From Opitutia bacterium (GTDB taxonomy: Bacteria; Verrucomicrobiota; Verrucomicrobiia; Opitutales; T3Sed10-336), in the NCBI GenBank assembly GCA_050506795.1, contig JBJHCF010000009.1, positions 1 to 64,000 on the forward strand: a DNA stretch of 64,000 nt. Reading direction: 5' to 3'. A program made the translations under genes and the position numbers. The notes beneath the pieces are model-generated. The model had not been told where the DNA came from. It searched no databases and was given only the letters and a program-made list of their open reading frames with translations. Within the stretch, counting starts at the first letter, position 1. Each line of letters opens with the position of its first letter. Shown in pieces: positions 41,197-50,688 of the stretch.

Positions 41197-41757
41197 ATGC
41201 GATACAATACACCCACTATAATCACGGTACTCTTCGCCTTTGTTTTTGGCTCGATCGCGCCAGCGATCGCGGCTTACGACGCGTTTCTCAAAATCGAAGG
41301 TGTGGAGGGCGAATCAGCCGACAAAGATCACGGAGGATGGATCGATATCGAATCGTTTTCCTGGGGAATGAACCACCCCGCCTCCACCAGTGGTGGCGGC
41401 GGAGCCGGCAAAGCCAATTTCATGGAACTCGACCTGGGCAAACATCTCGACAAGGCCACGCCGCTGCTGATGCTCAGGAGCGCGGAGGGTCGACACATTC
41501 CGGAAGCGCACCTGGTTCTCCGCAAGCAGGGGGAATCCGGTCACGTTTTCTTCGAGATTGAATTGAAGAATGTGTTTGTCACCAGTGTCGGCATTCAAGG
41601 CGAGGCCGGCGACACGGTGCCCAGCGAAACCCTTTCGCTCAACTACGAGGAGATTAAAATCACCTACACGCCACAACGCGCGGATGGTGGCCCCGAGGAA
41701 CCGGTTTCCGCCGGATGGAACGTGGCGGAGAACCGGCGGGTTGATACCGATTCATGA
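41197..41757 (+). CDS. hcp: Hcp (T6SS tube protein) homologue with N-terminal signal peptide
   Basis: AYDAFLKIEGVEGES..H.GWIDIESFSWG, DKATPLL, ETLSLNYEEIKITY, GWNV; preceded by a 25-aa hydrophobic leader ending AIA. Confidence 0.88.
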   Translation: MRYNTPTIITVLFAFVFGSIAPAIAAYDAFLKIEGVEGESADKDHGGWIDIESFSWGMNHPASTSGGGGAGKANFMELDLGKHLDKATPLLMLRSAEGRHIPEAHLVLRKQGESGHVFFEIELKNVFVTSVGIQGEAGDTVPSETLSLNYEEIKITYTPQRADGGPEEPVSAGWNVAENRRVDTDS

Positions 41758-42581
41758 ACGAAAAGGCCATGCGCTGGCAATTACTGCTGCCGACCGTATT
41801 CGCGCTGTGGCTGACGTGCTTGAGCGCGCCGGCGGCGTACGACGCCTTTCTCAAAATCGACGGCATTGACGGCGGATCGGAAGTCGACGGCCGCGAGGGA
41901 TGGATTGACCTGTTTTCGGTTGCCCAGGGAATGAGCCGATCCATGAGCCTCGTTGCCAGGGACGGCGCTTCCAAACCGGAATTTGACGAGTTATGGCTCG
42001 CAAAACCGGTGGACAAAGCCACTCCACTGCTGATCGAGGCCTGCGCCGCAGGTAAACATTATCCCGAAGCCATACTCGATCTTGTCCGCGCGGATTCCGC
42101 CGCCACCCGTTTCTTCCGGGTACGGCTGGAAGACGTTTTTATCTCCCGGACGGAGATTCAGGGAAACGCATCCGATGGCCACACCCTGGAAAGCATCGGG
42201 CTGACCTATGGCTACCTGGAATGGTCCTATGTGGAATTCGATCTCACGGGCCAGGAAGTCGCGGAGCACCTGGCCTACTGGAATCTCCTGGAGAACCTGG
42301 GCGGCAGCTCGGTCATTCCCGCAAACGGCGGCAGTCCCACCGATCCGCATGATGGGTTCCGCCGCGGGGTCGCCTTTAACCTGTCGGGCCAGACCGGCGC
42401 CGGCACTTTGAGCTGGACCAGCGAAAGCGGCAAAACCTACGGAATCTACTACAGCCCCGACCTGAACGAACCGTTCGACACATTGGTGAAGACCGTACCC
42501 TCCGAAGGCGATGACACCACCTCCACAACGGTCGATCTGGTCGGCAGCCGGGGATTCTTCATCATTCGGGAAATCGATTAA
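41754..42581 (+). CDS. hcp: Second signal-peptide-bearing Hcp homologue with a C-terminal extension domain
   Basis: AYDAFLKIDGIDG, GWID, DKATPLL, ESIGLTYG, YWNL; leader ends APA; about 90-aa extension; ATGA overlap with the first hcp. Confidence 0.85.
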   Translation: MNEKAMRWQLLLPTVFALWLTCLSAPAAYDAFLKIDGIDGGSEVDGREGWIDLFSVAQGMSRSMSLVARDGASKPEFDELWLAKPVDKATPLLIEACAAGKHYPEAILDLVRADSAATRFFRVRLEDVFISRTEIQGNASDGHTLESIGLTYGYLEWSYVEFDLTGQEVAEHLAYWNLLENLGGSSVIPANGGSPTDPHDGFRRGVAFNLSGQTGAGTLSWTSESGKTYGIYYSPDLNEPFDTLVKTVPSEGDDTTSTTVDLVGSRGFFIIREID

Positions 42582-42630
42582 CCGAACACGATCAGCTTAG
42601 CCATATCGAATTCCCAACGGCTCTTCACCC

Positions 42631-42732
42631 GGAGGGCCATGCTCCCGTACGACCGGATTCGCCGGGAACGCGGGCATCCTGCCCGCACCGGCGGCGCGGG
42701 AGCGCCGCCCTCCACGCTGGAGGCCATGCTCC
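42631..42732. repeat. REP-like palindromic repeat (empty group II intron target)
   Basis: GGAGGGCCATGCTCCCG...GGGAGCGCCGCCCTCC; 42669-42712 is identical to the reverse complement of 57638-57681. Confidence 0.85.
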
Positions 42733-42849
42733 TGCCTGGCCGTAATCGTCCAGGACGGACGTCGTGACCCGTTCCCTTCGCCCCCCAACGGGCCCCCTCC
42801 GGAACGACCGCTTTCACAGATCAACCCGATATCCAGTCGGGAATTGAAG

Positions 42850-43932
42850 TCATTCCTGGATGTTCTCCAAGGCGAAGCACGCCGCCATATCCGAGGCCAG
42901 GCCGGCGACATCGTCGGGAGAGGTATCCCATGAGCACATGAAGCGGCAAAGCCCCGGTCCGTCCTCGCCGCCGCGGCCGATGAAATCGTAAAACCCCCAG
43001 CCTTTCGCACGCAGCGCGGCAGCGGTTTCGGCGGGAAGGTGCAGGAATACGGCGTTGGCCTGAACCGGGAAGGCCGGTGCAAGACCCGGAATTTCGGAAA
43101 TCCCTCGGGCCAGTTCCGCTGCCATTGCGTTGGCGTGCGCGGCGTGTCGCAGCCAGGCGCCGTTTTCCAAAATTCCCGCCCAGGGGGCGGCGAGGTAACG
43201 CATTTTGGATGCGAGTTGTCCGGCCTGCTTGCAGCGGTAATCGAACTCCCGGGCCAAATCCTTGCGGAAAAACACCACCGCCTCCCCCACCGCGAGACCG
43301 TTCTTGGCGCCGCCGAGACAGAGAACATCCACCCCGGCCTCCCAGGTGATCTCTCTGGGCGCCGCGCCCAGCGCCGCGATCGCATTGGCGAATCGGGCGC
43401 CGTCCATGTGCAGGCGCAGATCGAATTTCCGGCAGAGCTCGGCAATGGCCTGCAGTTCTTCCGGAGAATAGATCGTTCCCAGTTCGGTGGGCTGGGTGAC
43501 GCTGACCACGCGCGGTTTTGGATAATGGATGTCGGTACGGCGCCGCACCATGCGTTCGATGGCCGGAGGGAAGATGCGCCCGTTTTTTCCGGGAAGCAGA
43601 AGGAGCTTGGTGCCGTTGGTGAAAAATTCCGGCGCTCCGCATTCATCCGTTTCAATGTGCGCGGCGTCGTGACAGAGCACGCTGTGATAGGAGCGGCACA
43701 TGGAGGCGAGCGAAAGTGAATTGGCCGCCGTACCGTTGAAGGTGAAGAAGACATCGCAGTCGGTTTCAAAAACCTCGCGGATCAGGTCGGTGGCCTTTTG
43801 CGTCCACCGGTCATCTCCGTACCCGGGGACAAAACCCCGGTTGGCTCGCTCCATGGCCTCCCATGCCTCCGGGCAAATCCCCGCGCAATTGTCGCTGGCA
43901 AAGGTGTAACGGGTTGAATCGGATGCAGGCAT
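42850..43932 (-). CDS. ltaE: Low-specificity L-threonine aldolase
   Basis: FASDN, YGDD, NGTAAN, DECGAPEF, HMDGARFANA, GQLASKMRY. Confidence 0.9.
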   Translation of the reverse strand: MPASDSTRYTFASDNCAGICPEAWEAMERANRGFVPGYGDDRWTQKATDLIREVFETDCDVFFTFNGTAANSLSLASMCRSYHSVLCHDAAHIETDECGAPEFFTNGTKLLLLPGKNGRIFPPAIERMVRRRTDIHYPKPRVVSVTQPTELGTIYSPEELQAIAELCRKFDLRLHMDGARFANAIAALGAAPREITWEAGVDVLCLGGAKNGLAVGEAVVFFRKDLAREFDYRCKQAGQLASKMRYLAAPWAGILENGAWLRHAAHANAMAAELARGISEIPGLAPAFPVQANAVFLHLPAETAAALRAKGWGFYDFIGRGGEDGPGLCRFMCSWDTSPDDVAGLASDMAACFALENIQE

Positions 43933-44276
43933 AGCAGCAATAAAAGCACTATCTCTGATGGGATTGCGGCTGACGTGCAAGCGTTTATGCCAACGACGGC
44001 GTTTCACCGCGTCCGACCGCCAACGGGTGCACACGATTGAACAGAAGCCGCGTAGCGTTCCACCGGAAATCGGCGGATAATGAGCGCTAATAAGAAAAGT
44101 TCCATCCGCGCGCATCACACCATCCGCACAACCACGTTTTTCCGGCATTATCCAACCTTCTCTCAGGCAGTTTCCACCTTCAGAGATCCCCCGATAACCT
44201 CGGTGGAATCCCGCCGCGATTTCTTATGGCTTACTATTGCTCTCGGGTGCAAACGCGTCTAGCGTTCATCGACGCG

Positions 44277-45170
44277 ATGGAGCGACGGCAGAAACTCTTT
44301 TTGGAGAAGCTCACGGCTTCCCGTATTTTTCAGGATTATAAACAGGCGTTTGAGTCGGGCACGGGGTTGCCGCTGGCGGTCACGTCCTCGCAATCCTGGG
44401 GTCTGCCCCACCGATTCGGGGAGAAGGAAAACCCGTTCTGCTCCCTCATGGCAAAGTCCAGCAAATCCTGCGCCGCCTGTCTGGAGGTGCAAAAACGTCT
44501 TTCGGACGAGTCGGAGCACGGCCCGGTGACCCTGACCTGCTTTGCCGGACTCTGTGATTCGGCGGTGCCCATCCGCATGGGTGAGGACCTGATCGGACTG
44601 CTGCAGACGGGGCAGGTATTGGTCGAAGCTCCCGACGACGCCGGATTCAACCGCATCACCCGCACCCTCATCCAATGGGGCATCGATGCCGACTTGAAAG
44701 ATCTGCGCGAAGCCTATTTCGCCACTCGCGTGCTCGAACCGGAACAGTATCGGTCGTTCGTGAACATGTTGCACATTTTCGCCGAACACCTGGCCCTGGT
44801 GGGGCACCAACTCGAGATTGCCGCAGAAAGCCGCGAAAGTCCGGTCATGCGCCGCGCAAGGGTCATTATCGAGGAAAAGCAGGCCGATGACATCACCTCG
44901 CGTGACGTGGCCAGGATGTTGAATACCAGCACCTTTTACTTCTGCAAACTGTTCAAAAAGGCCACCGGTCTGACCTTTACCGAATACCTGACCCGGGTAA
45001 GGGTGGAAAAGGCGAAGAATTTTCTGCTCAATCCCCATCTGCGCGTGAGCGAAATCGCCTACCAAGTGGGCTTCCGCTCATTATCCCAATTCAATCGCTC
45101 GTTTCGCAACCTCGTGGGCCAGACGCCTTCCGAGTACCGGGATGCGCGCGGGGTGTCGCCTTCGACCTGA
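44277..45170 (+). CDS. AraC-family regulator with PocR ligand-binding domain
   Basis: NPFC...C...CFAGL PocR cysteines; C-terminal AraC double HTH. Confidence 0.9.
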   Translation: MERRQKLFLEKLTASRIFQDYKQAFESGTGLPLAVTSSQSWGLPHRFGEKENPFCSLMAKSSKSCAACLEVQKRLSDESEHGPVTLTCFAGLCDSAVPIRMGEDLIGLLQTGQVLVEAPDDAGFNRITRTLIQWGIDADLKDLREAYFATRVLEPEQYRSFVNMLHIFAEHLALVGHQLEIAAESRESPVMRRARVIIEEKQADDITSRDVARMLNTSTFYFCKLFKKATGLTFTEYLTRVRVEKAKNFLLNPHLRVSEIAYQVGFRSLSQFNRSFRNLVGQTPSEYRDARGVSPST

Positions 45171-46932
45171 CCGGCAACCTTCCATGTCGCCGGATCGCCC
45201 ATTCCACCGGTGAAACGGCGTGGTCGCCGTTGGCTCGCATCGCCTCCACGTCCTCGATCGCCTCAAAAAGCCGGCGGCAGGCCACCGGGTAGGAAACGCC
45301 GGTCAGATCCGCGATCAAGCGAGTCCCGCGGTCGATCAACTTCTTGTTTCCCGGCGCCACACAGGTCATCCAATTGCCGGTCACACGTCCCATTAAGGCC
45401 ATGGTGGCGGTTGAAACGGCATTCAGGCAGAGTTTGAGCACCACCCGCTCCCAGAGGTCCAAAAACGAAGCGGCCCCCGGGCAATCGATCACCAGGTGAG
45501 GCTCCCCGGGGAAAACGGACGCTGGCCCGGCAAAATTCACCACCGCCGTCCGGGCGAAGGGTTTCTTCAAACGCCGAAAAGCCTCGTTCGTGGTCGAGGA
45601 AGCCGGAGAACCCGTCTGCAGCGCAATCAAGGCGTCTTTTCCCCTGTCGTACCGCGAAGGATCGTCCTCCGCGCCGATGCGAAACCGGAACAATTCGTCC
45701 CGACCCAGCTTCGAAGGGTGACGGACCAAGGCTTCCGGAGCGCCCAATTCGGCATAAACGGTGGAACCCCACTCCAGGCAACGCGGTTCGCGCCCCAGGA
45801 GGTCCCGCCAGGCTTCCTCCGTCGAAAGGGCCGGATGCTTGAGAAAGGCCCAGGAATCCGGCGCGGTGGGGTCGTCGTACTTGCGAAAAGGCGGCAAACT
45901 GAAGGTGGGCGACCTTTCGGTGGTGTCCGTAAGAATATCCAGCAGATAGTCGAACGCGGCATAAGTCACCCGGGCGCCACCGGAGTAAACGTCATGCTCT
46001 AGCTCCGTCCAGCCGGCCAGGGCGGCCAGGTTTTCCGGCGTCCGCAGGCGATCGAGCACCCCTTGGAATCGACCGGGGAGATTTTCAGGTTCCGGGACCG
46101 CAGGGTCCAGGCTGGCGCGGACCTTCGCCGGCAGCGAGGCCTCCAGAAAACGATGCAGGCCTATCTCCAGAGCGGTTCCAACCACCAGGAGCTCCGCCGT
46201 CGTCGCCTGCATCCGGGTGGATCCGGCGATGGCCATCGGTCCCGTGGCAAGGTCGAGCCGGGTGATGCGGTTGTCCTCCAGAACCTCCCGGGAACGTTCC
46301 ACCGTGGCCGCCAGTACCGACGCCGGGTTGTTGAAAACAAAAAACACCTCGGCGCCGAGAGTCACCCCTTCCCAGGCCGTTCCGATCACAAACGAAGTCT
46401 CGCCGCCCTCAGTGATCGCAACCACCACGTCGCCCTCCCCCACGCCGCTCTCACGGAGCTGGTGCCGACCGAAACCGGCGAAGTCTTCGAACCCTTCCAC
46501 CGAACGGATCAGCGCGTAGTCCCCGCCGGCCATAATGCTGCGGGTCAGGTCCTCCCGGTCGGGTACCGAATCGGCCAGACCGTGCCGCAAACGCCGCCAG
46601 GCTTTCCGCCAGGCAGCATCGAGCAGGATACTCAGTCTTCCGGTAGCGCCGCACCCGGTAAAAACAATTCGCTTGTTCTCGGATATCGCCCGGGTAAACG
46701 CCTTGACCAAGGCTTGGAACGGCGCGCCGCACATCACCCGGCGCAGCATCGGCACGAGGTCCAGGTCCACGGAAAGCAGGAGATCGATTCCCTCGGCGGT
46801 ATCGGCCGCCAACACCCGGTCCAGGTTCGCGGTAAGCGGATGTGACTGCTCCGTGGGCAATGCGCCCAGATGAAACTCGGTCTCCCTCGCGATAAAATGG
46901 TCCGCCTTCTCCCGGGCTCCCGGATTGCTCAT
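45091..46932 (-). CDS. MurQ/GCKR-like SIS-domain protein
   Basis: TEQSHP, GCGATGRL, SVEGFED, AGSTRMQA, GNWM..NKKL.DRG. Confidence 0.75.
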   Translation of the reverse strand: MSNPGAREKADHFIARETEFHLGALPTEQSHPLTANLDRVLAADTAEGIDLLLSVDLDLVPMLRRVMCGAPFQALVKAFTRAISENKRIVFTGCGATGRLSILLDAAWRKAWRRLRHGLADSVPDREDLTRSIMAGGDYALIRSVEGFEDFAGFGRHQLRESGVGEGDVVVAITEGGETSFVIGTAWEGVTLGAEVFFVFNNPASVLAATVERSREVLEDNRITRLDLATGPMAIAGSTRMQATTAELLVVGTALEIGLHRFLEASLPAKVRASLDPAVPEPENLPGRFQGVLDRLRTPENLAALAGWTELEHDVYSGGARVTYAAFDYLLDILTDTTERSPTFSLPPFRKYDDPTAPDSWAFLKHPALSTEEAWRDLLGREPRCLEWGSTVYAELGAPEALVRHPSKLGRDELFRFRIGAEDDPSRYDRGKDALIALQTGSPASSTTNEAFRRLKKPFARTAVVNFAGPASVFPGEPHLVIDCPGAASFLDLWERVVLKLCLNAVSTATMALMGRVTGNWMTCVAPGNKKLIDRGTRLIADLTGVSYPVACRRLFEAIEDVEAMRANGDHAVSPVEWAIRRHGRLPVRSKATPRAHPGTRKASGPRGCETSD

Positions 46933-47138
46933 GGGATGACATTGTCTTTTCAGCGGCCGTTCTCGTCGATGGCAAAACGCGCCAGTTCAGCGGAACGGCC
47001 TCCAAGCCACCGCCGTTCCGCTTTTCTGCTTTACCGGAAAAACCCCTTTCACCTACACTCCAGCCGTCACGGAGGGCCGGTCGGGAGCTCACGGATCGAC
47101 TCCTCCACGCAACATTAAACCACTCATCCAAATTTGCC

Positions 47139-47711
47139 ATGAGAACCAAGCCTTCTTTCTTCCTTCGCACCCTGATCGCGGTTTCCCTGTTCTCGGGAAG
47201 CAGCCTGCTTTCGGCCGACATACCCGACCAGCAGATAAACGGTCCGGACGACAACGGTCCCGTATTCACCGCCAAGGGACGATCCGAGCTCGGCTTTCAT
47301 GCGAGTTATTCCATTCTCGATCCGGACGGTCAGAGCAGCGTGGATATTCTCAGCGGACACCTGGATTTTTCCTATTTCATCCTGGATAATTGGGCGCTCC
47401 GGCCACAGTACCAGGTCATCCGCTACGACAACGGCACTTCGCTCACCGCGCACGTGCTGGGATTGGGGGTCGATTTCCACATTCCCCATGAGAACATCGC
47501 CTTCTATTTCGGCGGCGCTCCCAGTGTCGGTTTTGTCAGCGCGGATGATTCGGACAGCGACACGGAGTTCCTGATGGAGCTCCGCGGCGGAATTAAACAC
47601 TACCTGTCCCAACGCCTGGCGCTGAACACACAAATCTCCTACTCGTTCGGCAGCGATTACTCGCTGACCCGGGCCACCATGGGATTATCCGTACTGTTCG
47701 GAGGAAACTAA
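47139..47711 (+). CDS. Outer-membrane beta-barrel protein
   Basis: Signal peptide and amphipathic beta strands. Confidence 0.7.
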   Translation: MRTKPSFFLRTLIAVSLFSGSSLLSADIPDQQINGPDDNGPVFTAKGRSELGFHASYSILDPDGQSSVDILSGHLDFSYFILDNWALRPQYQVIRYDNGTSLTAHVLGLGVDFHIPHENIAFYFGGAPSVGFVSADDSDSDTEFLMELRGGIKHYLSQRLALNTQISYSFGSDYSLTRATMGLSVLFGGN

Positions 47712-48703
47712 TCGCCCTCCAGGCCGAAGGTCGGTTCGAAATAACGCCAGGACACCGGTTCGCCGGTTTCGTCCAACTCAACCGCCACCGAAAACGGCGG
47801 CGGCTGATCGCTTGGCCGCAGCCTCTCCGCCCAGGGATGCAGGGTGCGAAAGCGCAGGTCCGAATACAAGACGGTTCGCTCTTCGTTCTCGCGCCCGATT
47901 TCCTCCATCGCCGCATAAACCGCGAACCACTCCCAGGTGGCGAAAAACGATTCCTCCGCGCCCCAGCGCCGCAATTCTTCCCGGTCGGCCCGCCGGTAGG
48001 TTTCAAACCGGCCCTCCGGGGCGGTTCGGAAGAGGTGAAAGGGTTCGACGAGGTATTCCTGTTCGGTCTCAACGATGAGTTTCCAGCGAAAGGGAGTCAG
48101 AAAATCGGGATCGAGATGGATCCGCTCAAAAACCAGCCCGTCGTCATCCAGCGCCGAGGAGATACGTGCCTCGAGAATGGTTTTCACTCCAAAATTCGTA
48201 AACGGGTAAATAAAGATAAACCCCAAGGCCACCAGCCCGTACCGCGGCTTGCGGTGGGACCCGACCAAAAGCGACCCCAGAAAAAGCGCCAGGACCGTAA
48301 CGGTGAGCAATGGATCAATGATGAAGACGCTGCCCAGGGCGTAACGATTGGTGGAGAACGGGGCCAACACCAGCGTTCCGTAGTTATTGATCCAATCGAG
48401 AAAAACGTGCAGGAGCACACAGGCATAGCCAAAAAGAAAGAGCTGGGGAAACCGCCAGGACCGGCGTCGAAAAATCCAGAATGCCCCGGCCACCACGGCC
48501 GCCACCACCAGCCCGCCGAAAAACGAATGGGTGAATGCCCGGTGGTGGAGCAGGTAAAATTCGGGATCAGAGCTGAGAAAGTTATCGATATCGGGCAGCC
48601 ACGCCGCGAGCATGCCGAAGGGCACGATCGCTTTGCCCGGAAAGCGGCGACGCACTGCCTGCCCCGCCAGCCCGCCGGCGACAATATGAGTGACTGGATC
48701 CAT
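47708..48703 (-). CDS. Membrane-bound metal-dependent hydrolase (YdjM/YfhP-like)
   Basis: MDPVTH, PDID, HRAFTHS, HVFLD..NNYGT, FIIDP. Confidence 0.85.
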   Translation of the reverse strand: MDPVTHIVAGGLAGQAVRRRFPGKAIVPFGMLAAWLPDIDNFLSSDPEFYLLHHRAFTHSFFGGLVVAAVVAGAFWIFRRRSWRFPQLFLFGYACVLLHVFLDWINNYGTLVLAPFSTNRYALGSVFIIDPLLTVTVLALFLGSLLVGSHRKPRYGLVALGFIFIYPFTNFGVKTILEARISSALDDDGLVFERIHLDPDFLTPFRWKLIVETEQEYLVEPFHLFRTAPEGRFETYRRADREELRRWGAEESFFATWEWFAVYAAMEEIGRENEERTVLYSDLRFRTLHPWAERLRPSDQPPPFSVAVELDETGEPVSWRYFEPTFGLEGD

Positions 48704-48879
48704 ATGCCCGGCATCCTAGTGTCCGAGGTCCCGATGCCCATTGCAAAATCCACCCCTGAACCGTGATGGCGCGGAAAAATTCGGGAAAAAAGTATTGAAA
48801 CTATGATCACATGTCCCTAGCCCTGATCTTCGGGGGCCGTCGACGCGGTCATTCCCGGATGTCACTCAAGGAAGCAACC

Positions 48880-49974
48880 ATGGCCAAAGAAACCACCAAC
48901 AGCAGAAAAAGCGCGAACGCTGCCGCGTCGGAACGGGAACAGAATCTCAATCTGGCGCTTTCCGCCATCACCAAACAATACGGTGAAGGCTCTATCATGC
49001 GCCTGGGAAGCAACCGAAGAATGGATGTTTCCGCGATTTCCACCGGATCGCTCGCCATTGACCTGTCTTTGGGCATCGGGGGCCTGCCCCGCGGTCGCGT
49101 CTCGGAAATCTACGGCCCGGAATCTTCGGGTAAAACCACCCTCGCCCTCAGCCTCATCGCCGAGGCCCAACGGCAGGGCGGGCTGGCGGCTTTTGTCGAT
49201 GTGGAACACGCCCTCGACCCCAAGTATGCCCGGGTGGTTGGCGTGAACCTCGACGACCTCCTTGTTTCCCAGCCCGACAGCGGCGAAGACGCTCTCAACA
49301 TCACCGAAAGCCTCATTCGCTCCAACGCCATCGACGTGGTCGTCATCGACTCCGTGGCCGCCCTCGTTTCAAAGGCGGAACTTGACGGGCAGATGGGCGA
49401 CGCCACAGTCGGCTCCCAGGCCCGTCTGATGAGCCAGGCCATGCGCCGTCTGACCGCGGTCATCAGCAAAACCCAGTGCGTCTGCCTCTTCACCAACCAG
49501 ATCCGGGAAAAAATCGGCGTCATGTTCGGCAGCCCCGAAACAACCCCCGGCGGCCGCGCCCTCAAGTTCTTTTCTTCCGTCCGCATGGACATCCGCCGCA
49601 TCGGTCAGATCAAGGATCCCGGCGGCAAGGTCATTGGCAACCGTACCCGCCTCAAGGTGGTGAAAAACAAGGTCGCCCCACCCTTCACCGAGTGTGAGTT
49701 CGATATCATGTACAACGAGGGCATCTCCACCACGGGATCACTCATCGACCTCGGCATCGAGCACAAGATCCTGGAAAAGAAGGGCGCCTGGATTTCCTAC
49801 AACGGCAATCTGATCGGCCAGGGTCGCGAGGCAGCCAAGCAGCACCTGATGGACAACCCGGAGGCGGGAAAAGAAATCCACGTCGCCGTAACCGAGAAAA
49901 TGAAGGAATCAGCCACCCCCGCCCGCAACGCCGCCAAGTCGTCGGCCGAAAAAGCCGAAACCAACGGCGAATAG
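48880..49974 (+). CDS. recA: Recombinase RecA
   Basis: [42 protein letters not shown]. Confidence 0.98.
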   Translation: MAKETTNSRKSANAAASEREQNLNLALSAITKQYGEGSIMRLGSNRRMDVSAISTGSLAIDLSLGIGGLPRGRVSEIYGPESSGKTTLALSLIAEAQRQGGLAAFVDVEHALDPKYARVVGVNLDDLLVSQPDSGEDALNITESLIRSNAIDVVVIDSVAALVSKAELDGQMGDATVGSQARLMSQAMRRLTAVISKTQCVCLFTNQIREKIGVMFGSPETTPGGRALKFFSSVRMDIRRIGQIKDPGGKVIGNRTRLKVVKNKVAPPFTECEFDIMYNEGISTTGSLIDLGIEHKILEKKGAWISYNGNLIGQGREAAKQHLMDNPEAGKEIHVAVTEKMKESATPARNAAKSSAEKAETNGE

Positions 49975-50173
49975 CGGGGAGACTGGATGAATTAGGAATT
50001 GAGAAGAGAGAATTATGAATGCTGTACTGGCAGCCAGGTGAACCGTTGATTTGTGTTAGTTATTACTAATAAGCAATTTGCAGAACACGCGATATAGGTC
50101 GTGGAAGTTCGATGAACGGAACCGAGGCTAACCACGAAGGACATGAAGGGGGACTGAAGGGCGAGGAGCTTTC

Positions 50174-50497
50174 CGTAGCGCCCAGCTTTAGCGGGCGATT
50201 TGTGAGGCGTGCGAACGGCCGGTACCGGTGAAGAAAACTCCGTCTAAAGCACGGAGCTACGGGTACCGGAATTCGTAGCGCCCAGCTTTAGCGGGCGTTT
50301 TGTGCGGTGTGTGGACGATGGTTCCCGGGAAGGGGTCTCCGGCTGAAGCACTGAGCTACGGGTACCGGAATTCGTAGCGCCCAGCTTTAGGCGGGCGTTT
50401 TGTGCGGTGTGCGAACGGCCGGTACCGGTGAAGAAAACTCCGGCTAAAGCACGGAGCTACGGGTGCCGGATTTCGTAGCGCCCAGCTTTAGCGGGCG
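50174..50497. repeat. BIME-like tandem array of GTAG-family REPs (about 100-bp period)
   Basis: CGTAGCGCCCAGCTTTAG(G)CGGGCG at 50174, 50274, 50373 and 50474, alternating with inverted CTCCGKCTRAAGCACKGAGCTAC. Confidence 0.85.
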
Positions 50498-50688
50498 AAC
50501 CGCCGCGTCGGTTTTGCAACTGTCGGCCGGAAGCGTCCGCACGCGTCCGACATAATGGGTAGCGCGACGGAGGAAGCGGACACACTACGGGGCTCTGGTC
50601 TCTCGGAATCATTGACTCTTCATTCATAATTCTTCATTCATACTTTGATTGATGGCCCGGCCATTCTCGTGTTGAAGAAGACCTGAGA

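Noticed and set aside
40940..42850. A canonical T6SS or contractile injection locus
   Set aside because: Only two hcp-like genes are present; no sheath, spike, baseplate or membrane-complex genes flank them.
48800..48820. LexA box upstream of recA (TGATC-ACA-TGTCC)
   Set aside because: The spacing and half-sites do not fit the TGTTC-N4-TGTTC repeat I recall for Verrucomicrobia.
50174..50497. CRISPR array
   Set aside because: The period is about 100 bp, the 'spacers' are themselves repeated and contain an inverted REP, and there are no cas genes; it fits a BIME/REP array.
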